A stretch of 54,201 bases of DNA. Source: Rhodothermales bacterium (lineage in GTDB: Bacteria > Bacteroidota > Rhodothermia > Rhodothermales > JAHQVL01). Below, one piece after another: positions 8,743 to 17,130 of the stretch; position 1 is the stretch's first letter, and every line of letters begins with the position of its first letter. The stretch is from contig JBGSPJ010000401.1 in assembly GCA_041738655.1 (NCBI GenBank), forward strand, positions 1-54,201, in the 5' to 3' direction. Below the pieces are notes generated by a model. The model had not been told where the DNA came from. It saw nothing but the letters and a program-made list of their open reading frames with translations, and searched no databases. Made by a program: the position numbers and the translations under genes.

Positions 8743-10193
8743 GCGCCGGAGCCTTTCAGGACGGCCGTGATGGTGCGGACAAGAATCACGGCGTCCAGCC
8801 AGAGCGACCAGTTGCGGACGTAGTAGGGATCCCACTGCTCCATTCCCTCGTTGCCGGTGTCGCTTCGCCCGGATACCTGCCAGAGCCCGGTGATGCCCGG
8901 TCGGACGCGCTCGCGCAGCTCGCGGACGCGTCGTGGAAGTTCGTTGCAGTGGTAGGTGGGGAGAGGGCGTGGGCCTACGAGCGACATCTCGCCCCGCAGC
9001 ACGTTGATCAGCTGCGGGAGTTCATCCAGGCTGAGCCGGCGGAGAAGCCGGCCTATTTTGGTGATGCGCGGGTCCTTGCGCAGCTTGTAAAACGTCTCCC
9101 ACTCCGTCCGCATCGCTTCGTCAGTTTCCAGCTTCTGCCGCAGCACGGCTTCCGCGTTGGGCACCATCGTGCGGAATTTGAACGTGCGAAACATCTTGCC
9201 CCCGCGGCCGACCCGCTCCTGCAGGAAGAACGGGCTCTGGCGGTCCTCGAACCAGATCAAGAACGCCAGCGTCGCGCAGATGGGAAACCAGATCAGGCTC
9301 GTCAACAGGACGACCATCACGTCGAACGTGAGCTTGGCGAACCGGGAGACCGGGTTGATGAGGTTGGAAGTGATCTCGAGCCCCAGCATCCCGCTCAGGT
9401 CGCGGGGTTTTACCCAGAGCGAAGGCGATTCCAGGAGATCCGGCACCAGCAGCACCGTGCGGTAGTAGGATAGCGGCCCTTCCAATAACTCCGTGGCGCG
9501 CGCGCTGGACATGCTGGGCATGGCAAGGATGGCGACGGAGGCTTCCGGCGTCACAAGGTTTGTCCCGCCTTCGATCGGTACATTAAGGAGCGCGGTATTC
9601 CAGGAAGAGGGATCGTCGTCGAAGATGCCAATCGGCTTGTAGCCCAGGCCTTTTTCTGCCTGGAGGAAGCGGACGATCCGCTCGGCGAAGTCACCGCCCC
9701 CGTAGATGACTGTGGGCAGCCCCCAGACGCCCAGCCGGATCAGCAAGTATTTCACCATCATCCGCATGAACGGAACGGTTACCACGCTGAACAGGAAGGA
9801 GAGGGTGAGGGTGATACGGCTTACGGATTCAGAGGCTTTGCTGATAAATAGCACGACGGCGGCGCCGGCGAATATTACGATCAACAGGAGCACCGTCCGT
9901 CGGAGTTCCTCCACCGGCCCGAGTCCCCAGCTGGGCAAAAGGTGCGTGATGGCCGTGCCGACCCACCAGGCCGGGATCAGATACCAGGCCCATTCCGGGA
10001 TGAGGAGGGCGCCCTGCCAGAACAGACGGATCGAGCCGGCCAGGAGAAAGGCGAACACGATAGCGATCATGTCGCTCGCGGCGAGCACGAGCACATTCTG
10101 CAGACGATGTCTGAGGTAAGAGACCAGCCATTCCCCTCGACGCGGAAGCCGCTCGTAGAAGGAGCGTTCAGAAAGTACCTCAACAAGTTCCAT
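8736..10193 (-). CDS. Polyprenyl-phosphate hexose-1-phosphate transferase (WbaP-type priming sugar transferase)
   Basis: 485 aa. N-terminal multi-TM region. C-terminal bacterial sugar transferase domain (FRTFKFRTM, LDELPQLINVLRGEMSLVGPRP, RPGITGLWQVSGRSD). Confidence 0.88.
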   Translation of the reverse strand: MELVEVLSERSFYERLPRRGEWLVSYLRHRLQNVLVLAASDMIAIVFAFLLAGSIRLFWQGALLIPEWAWYLIPAWWVGTAITHLLPSWGLGPVEELRRTVLLLIVIFAGAAVVLFISKASESVSRITLTLSFLFSVVTVPFMRMMVKYLLIRLGVWGLPTVIYGGGDFAERIVRFLQAEKGLGYKPIGIFDDDPSSWNTALLNVPIEGGTNLVTPEASVAILAMPSMSSARATELLEGPLSYYRTVLLVPDLLESPSLWVKPRDLSGMLGLEITSNLINPVSRFAKLTFDVMVVLLTSLIWFPICATLAFLIWFEDRQSPFFLQERVGRGGKMFRTFKFRTMVPNAEAVLRQKLETDEAMRTEWETFYKLRKDPRITKIGRLLRRLSLDELPQLINVLRGEMSLVGPRPLPTYHCNELPRRVRELRERVRPGITGLWQVSGRSDTGNEGMEQWDPYYVRNWSLWLDAVILVRTITAVLKGSGAY

Positions 10194-10469
10194 TCAGTAT
10201 GACCCTTCAAAAATGAGTGACCGGGGTGTCTGCATCGCTCGGAATTGTGGGGGATGCACACACCAGGTTCAGACCAGGGGATGACGTGACTCGCAAGTTA
10301 CATCATCCCCTGGCCGGGCCGTTCAACCTTGAGCGCAAGCGACATGCGCCACCGGGAAGGTGGAAGCCGTCGTTACGTGCCGCAGGCTACCGGTTCAGAT
10401 CCGATATGGCTATGGGGGGCATAGCCGATGGGCGCACCGGAAGGTGCCGGCCCTGCGACAATAGTCGTG

Positions 10470-11420
10470 TCAGTGCTGGGGCAATGCGGCTTCTTCCTTG
10501 CGGAAATAAGCCAGCGTGCGCCGCAGCCCCTCCCGACGCTCGATCTGAGGCGTCCAGTTGAATATCCGCTTTGCCTTGCTGATATCCGGCTGGCGGACCT
10601 TCGGGTCGTCGTCGGGCAGGTTCTTGAAAATGATCTCGCTCGGGCTTCCGGTGAGGGAGATCACCTCACGCGCGAAGTCGAGGATCGTGATCTCATCCGG
10701 ATTGCCGATGTTCACCGGGCCCGTCTCATCACTCATCAGGAGGCGATAAATCCCCTCGATAAGGTCGTCGACATAACAGAACGAGCGGGTCTGGCTGCCA
10801 TCTCCATAAACAGTGATGGACTCGCCGTTGAGCGCCTGTTTCATGAACGTCGGGAGCGCCCGGCCGTCGTCCAGGCGCATCCGCGGGCCGTACGTATTGA
10901 AGATGCGTACCAGCCGCGTATCCACACCGTGGTAGCGGTGATACGCCATGGTCATGGCCTCGGCAAACCGCTTGGCCTCGTCGTACACCCCGCGGAGACC
11001 GATGGGGTTCACGTTGCCCCAGTACTCCTCGGATTGCGGGTGCACGAGGGGGTCTCCGTAGACTTCGCTCGTCGATGCGATGAGGAAGCGCGCACCCTTG
11101 GCCTTGGCCAGGCCGAGCGCCTTATGGGTCCCCAGCGCACCCACCTTGAGCGTCTGGATCGGGTATTTCAGATAATCTACTGGCGAAGCGGGGCTGGCAA
11201 AATGCAGGATATAATCCAGCGGCCCATCCACGTAGATGTAGTTCGTGATGTCCAACTCGATAAAGGTGAACTGGGGATTGCCGATCAGGTGCGCGATGTT
11301 ATCGGGCCGGCCCGTGATGAAGTTGTCGACACAGAGGACTTCATGCCCCTCCTGGATAAACCGGTCGCATAAATGCGAACCCAGGAAGCCGGCTCCGCCC
11401 GTGACAAGAGTACGTTTCAT
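10470..11420 (-). CDS. uxs: UDP-glucuronate decarboxylase (UDP-xylose synthase)
   Basis: 316 aa [30 protein letters not shown], catalytic YDEAKR, and a UXS-typical C-terminus ([14 protein letters not shown]). Confidence 0.88.
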   Translation of the reverse strand: MKRTLVTGGAGFLGSHLCDRFIQEGHEVLCVDNFITGRPDNIAHLIGNPQFTFIELDITNYIYVDGPLDYILHFASPASPVDYLKYPIQTLKVGALGTHKALGLAKAKGARFLIASTSEVYGDPLVHPQSEEYWGNVNPIGLRGVYDEAKRFAEAMTMAYHRYHGVDTRLVRIFNTYGPRMRLDDGRALPTFMKQALNGESITVYGDGSQTRSFCYVDDLIEGIYRLLMSDETGPVNIGNPDEITILDFAREVISLTGSPSEIIFKNLPDDDPKVRQPDISKAKRIFNWTPQIERREGLRRTLAYFRKEEAALPQH

Positions 11421-11448
11421 ATTCCGTTACTTCAACGCCATTGAGAAT

Positions 11449-12813
11449 CTATCGCTCGATTTCGAGGGCGCCGACGTTCGCGGGAACGTGCGGGCGACCG
11501 ATCGAAAAATACGTAAATCCTTTGGTAGCCATCGTTTCAGGTTTATAGAGATTGCGGCCGTCGAATACGATCGGATGACGCATGAGACTGCGCATCTTCT
11601 CGAAGTCGGGCCGCCGAAATTCATTCCACTCCGTACAGATCACAAGCGCGTCGACACCGTCGAGAACGCTGTAGCTATCCTCGTGATAGGTGATGGTCTG
11701 GCCAAGCTCGGCGCGCGTCGTTTCGATTGCCTCGGGGTCGAACGCGCTAATTATGGCTCCGTGGGCGAGTAGCCCCCGGATGATGACATGCGCCGGCGCC
11801 TCCCGGACGTCGTCCGTGTTCGGTTTGAACGAGAGGCCCCAGATCGCAATCTTCTTGCCGGCGATGTTGCCACCGAAATGCGTCAGGACACGATCTACCA
11901 GCAGGCCGCGCTGTTTCTCGTTCACCTCCAGTACCGAATTCAGGATGGCAAACGTGTAGCCGTGTTCGTCGGCGGTGTACTTCAGAGCTTTGACATCTTT
12001 GGGGAAGCAGCTCCCGCCATACCCAATGCCCGGATACAGGAACTGCTTGCCGATGCGGCTGTCGAGGCCGATCCCGACACGGACCATGTCCACGTTCGCG
12101 TCGACGGATTCGCACAGGTTGGCGATCTCGTTCATAAACGTGATCTTCGTGGCCAGGAAGGCGTTCGCCGCGTATTTCGTCATCTCGGCCGAGCGCGGAT
12201 CCATATCCAGGATCGGGTTGCCCTGGCGAACAAACGGTTCGTAGAGCGAGTGCATCTGTTCGAGGGCACGGGCACTTGTCGAGCCCACCACGACGCGTTC
12301 CGGCTTCATGAAGTCCTCCACGGCCACGCCTTCCCGGAGAAATTCCGGGTTGGAGACCACATCGAAGTGCTCGCCGGCGACCAGACCGCGTTCGAGAAAA
12401 ACCGCCGTCACGCGGTCCGCCGTGCCCACGGGCACGGTGCTTTTATTCACGATCACCTTGTAGCCCAGGGCTGGATCCTTCCTGAGCAGGTCGGCAATGT
12501 CGGCCGCGACGCCCAGTACATAGGAAAGATTTGCCGAGCCGTCGCTCGCCGAGGGTGTGGGCAATGCCAGGAAAATGATCTCCGCGTGACGCACCGCGTC
12601 GATCAGCGACGAGGTAAAATGCAGGCGCTCCTCGCGGAGGTTGCGTTCGAAGAATATCTCCAGCCCGGGTTCGAAAATCGTCAATTTGCCAGAGCTGAGC
12701 CGTTCTACCTTCGACCGATCGATATCGACGCAGACGACTTCGTTGCCCATCTCGGAAAAACACGTTCCGGAGACCAGGCCTACATATCCAGTTCCTACAA
12801 TGGCTATATGCAT
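11449..12813 (-). CDS. ugd: UDP-glucose 6-dehydrogenase
   Basis: 454 aa. [16 protein letters not shown] Rossmann start. Catalytic Cys motif [18 protein letters not shown]_dh C-terminal domain. Confidence 0.93.
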   Translation of the reverse strand: MHIAIVGTGYVGLVSGTCFSEMGNEVVCVDIDRSKVERLSSGKLTIFEPGLEIFFERNLREERLHFTSSLIDAVRHAEIIFLALPTPSASDGSANLSYVLGVAADIADLLRKDPALGYKVIVNKSTVPVGTADRVTAVFLERGLVAGEHFDVVSNPEFLREGVAVEDFMKPERVVVGSTSARALEQMHSLYEPFVRQGNPILDMDPRSAEMTKYAANAFLATKITFMNEIANLCESVDANVDMVRVGIGLDSRIGKQFLYPGIGYGGSCFPKDVKALKYTADEHGYTFAILNSVLEVNEKQRGLLVDRVLTHFGGNIAGKKIAIWGLSFKPNTDDVREAPAHVIIRGLLAHGAIISAFDPEAIETTRAELGQTITYHEDSYSVLDGVDALVICTEWNEFRRPDFEKMRSLMRHPIVFDGRNLYKPETMATKGFTYFSIGRPHVPANVGALEIER

Positions 12814-13087
12814 GAGTGCGCGTAGTTTTTAGCGAATACTATCAAAAATGGGACCGGGGCGGCGGCGTCAAGAATGATTTCCTGCGTACGTCGCACCCGG
12901 GAATACGATCCAGAAAGGGGGAAAGAAAACGGCCGGCGGGAAGATGGCCCCGCGGACGGCTCGAGGGGCTTCAAGGGGATGTGCAGTCGGATCAAACGAC
13001 AGTGGGCGACACGCTTCAATCGATCCTCCTCCCCGGTCGTATCGCTACTATCAGACGACGGAGCCCGCTCAAAAAATAGGAGCGTCT

Positions 13088-13126
13088 GAAATAAAACGGA
13101 CGAAGGGAGCATCGCTCCCTTCGTCC
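13088..13126 (-). terminator. Rho-independent terminator downstream of sat/cysC
   Basis: Perfect 13-bp stem GGACGAAGGGAGC / GCTCCCTTCGTCC (13098-13126) with a 3-nt loop. On the minus strand it is followed by GTTTTATTT. It lies 32 nt after the TGA at 13158-13160. Confidence 0.8.
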
Positions 13127-13157
13127 GGATACCATCATACGCCTGTTGAGTGCCGGA

Positions 13158-14885
13158 TCAGGCGCCCGCTTTCAGGAAGCCGAGTTCGAAGAGCTTCTGG
13201 AGGACCTTCTCCGCGCTCTCGTCGATCGTTTCCTTCTCGGTGACGCAAACCACTTCGGCATTGGTCGGAGCCTCGTACGGATCGTCGATCCCCGTGAAGC
13301 CCTTGATCAGGCCGGCGCGTGCCTTCGCGTAGAGGCCTTTCGTGTCGCGGCTCTCGCACACTTCAACCGACGCTTCGACGTACACCTCGATGTAGCCGCC
13401 ATACGCGCCGATCGCGGCGCGGTTGGCCTGGCGGTCGGCTTCGTACGGAGCGATCGGAGCGCTGAGGCAGATGCCGCGGTGCTTCGTGATTTCGCTGGCG
13501 ACGTAGCCGATGCGCTGGACGTTGATCGAGCGGTCCTCCTTCGTAAAGCCGAGGCCCTTCGTGAGGTGGGTCCGGACGACGTCGCCGTCGAGCAGGGTGA
13601 CCGGCCGGCCCGAGTGTTCGAGCAAGCGCGTCATGAGCGCGTTCGCGATGGTCGACTTCCCGGAGCCCGAGAGACCCGTGAAGAAGACGGTGAAGCCCTG
13701 CTGGTGCTTCGGCGGGTGCGTCGTGCGCAGCTCCTCGACGATGTCCGGGTAGGAGAACCAGGCCGGGATTTCGTCGCCGTCCTGCAGGCGCTTGCGCAGC
13801 TCGGTGCCCGAGATGTCCAACGTCTTCTCGCCTTCCTTGATTTCGTCGACGGGTTTGTAGGTGTCCAGCGCGGGCACGTACACCATCATCTTGAAGTCGA
13901 GCATCTTGATGCCGAGTTCGGCTTCATGCTTCGAAACGAGCTCCTGGGCGTCGTACGGTCCGTAGAACGACTTGCCGGTGCTGTCGTTGCCCGGGCCGGC
14001 GTGGTCGCGGCCGACGATCAGGTGCGTGCAACCGTAGTTCTTGCGGATGATCGCATGCCACACGGCCTCGCGCGGGCCGCCCATGCGCATCGCGAGCGGC
14101 AACAGGCTCAGGTGCGCCCGGTTGCCCGGGTAGTGGGTGACGAGCTTCTTGTAGCAGCGGACGCGCGTGAAGTAGTCGATGTCTCCCGGCTTCGTCAACC
14201 CGACGACCGGGTGGATGAGCAGGTGCCCGCCGACTTCGGCCGCGGCGCGGTCAGTCAGCTCTTTGTGGGCGCGGTGCATCGGGTTACGCGTCTGGAAGGC
14301 GACGACCTTTTCGGCCTGACGGGCTTCCAGTTCGACGCGGAGGGCGCGCGGCGTGTGGCGCAGCTCCATGAAGTCGTAGTGGATCGGCAGGCGCACGCCT
14401 TCGAGGGTGCCGCCGATGTAGTAGTCGCCGGCCTGGTCGAACAGGTAGGCCACCGCCGGGTGCTTCTTATCGAGCGAGCCGAAGACCTTCTTGGCTTCGT
14501 TCTCCTTGTTCGGCTTCCAAACGTCGGAAACCGTGATCAGCGCGATCAGGAGGCCCGTCGGGTCGCGGAGGGCGATTTTCTCGCCGCCTTTGTAGTCCTT
14601 CGCGATGGCTTCGGCCACATCCAGCGTGATCGGCATCGGCCACAACGTGCCGTCGGCGAGGCGCATTGATTCGACGACCTGGTCGTAATCCTTCTGCGAC
14701 ATGAAGCCGCGCAACGGCGAGAAGCCTCCGTTGAGAAGCAGCTCGATATCGCACAGCTGGCGCGCGTTCAGGGTGATGGAGGGGAGTTTGATGGCTTCCT
14801 GCAGCGCGGCTTCCAATTTCTTGTCCTTCAACAGGAGCTCGCAAAGTTCACCACCGTGGGGTTCGATCAGGGTCAACGTACTCAT
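13158..14885 (-). CDS. sat/cysC: Bifunctional sulfate adenylyltransferase / adenylylsulfate kinase (PAPS synthesis)
   Basis: Start set at the ATG at 14885 (MSTLTLIEPHGGEL). N-terminal ATP sulfurylase (QTRNPMHRAHKELT). C-terminal APS kinase with an intact P-loop (FFTGLSGSGKST) and LLDGDVVR. Confidence 0.9.
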   Translation of the reverse strand: MSTLTLIEPHGGELCELLLKDKKLEAALQEAIKLPSITLNARQLCDIELLLNGGFSPLRGFMSQKDYDQVVESMRLADGTLWPMPITLDVAEAIAKDYKGGEKIALRDPTGLLIALITVSDVWKPNKENEAKKVFGSLDKKHPAVAYLFDQAGDYYIGGTLEGVRLPIHYDFMELRHTPRALRVELEARQAEKVVAFQTRNPMHRAHKELTDRAAAEVGGHLLIHPVVGLTKPGDIDYFTRVRCYKKLVTHYPGNRAHLSLLPLAMRMGGPREAVWHAIIRKNYGCTHLIVGRDHAGPGNDSTGKSFYGPYDAQELVSKHEAELGIKMLDFKMMVYVPALDTYKPVDEIKEGEKTLDISGTELRKRLQDGDEIPAWFSYPDIVEELRTTHPPKHQQGFTVFFTGLSGSGKSTIANALMTRLLEHSGRPVTLLDGDVVRTHLTKGLGFTKEDRSINVQRIGYVASEITKHRGICLSAPIAPYEADRQANRAAIGAYGGYIEVYVEASVEVCESRDTKGLYAKARAGLIKGFTGIDDPYEAPTNAEVVCVTEKETIDESAEKVLQKLFELGFLKAGA

Positions 14886-14898
14886 CCTTTCCTTTTGG

Positions 14899-15684
14899 TT
14901 ATCGTTTCGTGTTGATGCCTTTCTTCGCACGCTGTCCGAGCAACTGACGCAAAAACAGCACGACAAAGCGAGGGTTGTGCTTCAAATATCGTTTCCAGAG
15001 CCGCCCGGGCTCCATAGCCAGGCGGAAGGCCCATTCCAGACCCATTCGTTGGATCAGGCTCGGGGCCTGGCGCACGCGTCCCGTATGAAAATCGAACGCG
15101 GCGCCGACGCCCAGCATGACGGCGTTTATGGTGTCCTTGTGCTCCGCCATCCACTTTTCCTGTTTGGGGCAACCGATGCCAACAAACAGGATTCGGACGC
15201 CGGACGCATTGATTTCCTGAATATACCGAGCGTCCTCTTCCTGCGTGGGCGGGCGGAAGGGGGGCGCGATTTTGCAGCCGATCCGGGTGCCGGCAAACCG
15301 CTGCGTCAGGAAGGTTTCGAAAGCGTCGAGGCTTTCCGGCGTGCCGCCATAGAGCCCGATCGGTATGCGCTGCTGCGCGGCTGCTTCGCAGACGTGCAAC
15401 GTCAGATCGGGCCCGTATACCCGGGTGGCTTCCTCGACGCCCATCAGGCGCAGCGCCCAAACGAGGGGTACGCCGTCCGGGGTGACGAGGTCCGCGCCGT
15501 TCACGATTCGCCCGAAAGCGGGGTCATCGTGAGTCTCCATCACCATGTGCACGTTCGCGGCACAAACGATCCGCGAACGCCCTTCGCGCGCCCAATTGAC
15601 CACTTTTTGCGTCGCATCGGGATAACTCGTCACATCAACCTGCATGGTGAGGATGGTGCGACTGTCCCTTGGGGCGGAGTACAT
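14899..15684 (-). CDS. WecB/TagA/CpsF-family glycosyltransferase (GT26)
   Basis: 261 aa. Family-typical VTPDGVPLVWA, ILFVGIGCPKQEKW and LGVGAAFDF motifs. Confidence 0.85.
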   Translation of the reverse strand: MYSAPRDSRTILTMQVDVTSYPDATQKVVNWAREGRSRIVCAANVHMVMETHDDPAFGRIVNGADLVTPDGVPLVWALRLMGVEEATRVYGPDLTLHVCEAAAQQRIPIGLYGGTPESLDAFETFLTQRFAGTRIGCKIAPPFRPPTQEEDARYIQEINASGVRILFVGIGCPKQEKWMAEHKDTINAVMLGVGAAFDFHTGRVRQAPSLIQRMGLEWAFRLAMEPGRLWKRYLKHNPRFVVLFLRQLLGQRAKKGINTKR

Positions 15685-15804
15685 ATACCGTTACGACTGG
15701 AAAATCTGTGACGCGCGGTCGTGTATTACTACCGTCTTGTTCGTACCAGCCCCGCGCCATCGCAGAAAAATAGGTGGCGTGGGCGGATAAAGAGGCGGTG
15801 AAGA

Positions 15805-17043
15805 TCAATACACGGGTTCGCGACGGGGAGTTCGGGGGGTAATGGTTTCGTAGAGCCGGGTCACCTGCTCGGCTTTCAGCGTCCATTCGTTGGTGCGAGC
15901 GAACGCAAGCCCGGCCGCGCTCATGCCGGCGAGCCGTTCCGGATGCCCAAACAGCGTTGAAATGGCGCCGGCGAGCTGTTCGGCCGTTTCTTCGGGGGTG
16001 GTAACCGGCACTTTGAGGCCGGCTTCGTCCGGCACAAAATCATGCGCGCCCTGGTGATCCAGCGTGACAATCGCCAGTCCATTGCTCATGGCTTCCAACA
16101 ATTGGGAGCCAAACGAATCCCGGAGGCTGGTGAATAAAAAGACTTCGTGTTCTTCGTAGGCGCGCTGAACTTCGCTCCAGGCCACCCGCCCCGGGGCATG
16201 GACGCGCCCGGTCAGCCCGAGCTCCTCGATCCAGCGAGGCACATCGGCGTCCTGGGGGCCATCGCCCAGGATCGTCATCGAAAACGGGATGTCCAGCCGG
16301 GCGACAGCTTCCAGCGAAAGGAGCAGCGCCTTGCGCTCGAGGAGCCGGCCCACCCAGAGGATGTGCGCGGTGCCGTCGCGAAACCGACGTTTGGGTTCGG
16401 CCGCATAATAGGTCGCCGGCAGCCCCGTGTCCAGGAATAACTCGGCCCGCGGTGCACCCATCCGGCGTGCGATCGCGAGCGTCTCGCTATTGGTCGCCAG
16501 CAGCAACGCGGTATGCCGCAGCATCCGCCGCGTCGAGGGCAGGTGGGGCAGCCATGTTTCGGTAATGTACGTGCGCAGCGATTCCTCCCGCCAGCGGGTG
16601 GGAAAATACCGTGCGAACGCCGAAGGGGCTACCTGACCGCCTCCCACAGGGCCAAATACAAACGGTTTCCCGAGCTTCCATAACCAGGAGCCCCCGATCA
16701 GGCTGCCCCAGGTGACGTGATGGACGAGGTCGATTCCCTGCAGGCCAATCAGGGACTGCGCTTCACGGTACGCGGCTCGCTGCCACAAAAAATAGTGGGC
16801 ATATACCCCGAACAAGCCCTTGATAAAGCGCCGGTAGGGGGTAGGGATGTCTACGTAGACAAAATGCAGATTCGGGATCGGCGTTTCGGCCAACGCGCGC
16901 TCGATAGCCGCGCGGGCCAACGGACGCGTCATCACCCACAGTTCATGGCCCTGTCCGGCCAGATGCGTGGCCCAGTTCCAACCGAAACCCTCCTCCGATC
17001 CGCGATTGGGCTCGCAGGCGTAGGCCGCTAACAATACTCTCAT
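15805..17043 (-). CDS. Glycosyltransferase family 4 (GT-B)
   Basis: 412 aa. N-terminal MRVLLAAYACEPNRGSEEGFGW. C-terminal GT1/4 signature (VFLFTSLRDSFGSQLLEAMSNGLAIV). Confidence 0.85.
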   Translation of the reverse strand: MRVLLAAYACEPNRGSEEGFGWNWATHLAGQGHELWVMTRPLARAAIERALAETPIPNLHFVYVDIPTPYRRFIKGLFGVYAHYFLWQRAAYREAQSLIGLQGIDLVHHVTWGSLIGGSWLWKLGKPFVFGPVGGGQVAPSAFARYFPTRWREESLRTYITETWLPHLPSTRRMLRHTALLLATNSETLAIARRMGAPRAELFLDTGLPATYYAAEPKRRFRDGTAHILWVGRLLERKALLLSLEAVARLDIPFSMTILGDGPQDADVPRWIEELGLTGRVHAPGRVAWSEVQRAYEEHEVFLFTSLRDSFGSQLLEAMSNGLAIVTLDHQGAHDFVPDEAGLKVPVTTPEETAEQLAGAISTLFGHPERLAGMSAAGLAFARTNEWTLKAEQVTRLYETITPRTPRREPVY

Positions 17044-17130
17044 AGCTCGTTTTTATAGCGAATGACACGCAGGGCCGGCATTTGCGCGCTACTCACTCAT
17101 CGCGAAGGCGACAGGGTGACGGAATCCAGG

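Noticed and set aside
10428-11372. 314-aa plus-strand ORF antisense to the UDP-xylose synthase gene
   Set aside because: The opposite strand encodes a near-canonical SDR ([15 protein letters not shown]). The plus-frame product has no motif.
11788-12825. 345-aa plus-strand ORF antisense to ugd
   Set aside because: Same reasoning: ugd on the minus strand is unambiguous.
13146-14669. 507-aa plus-strand ORF antisense to sat/cysC
   Set aside because: The translation is Arg/Ala/Val/Asp-rich and low in complexity. The minus strand carries intact ATP-sulfurylase and APS-kinase motifs.
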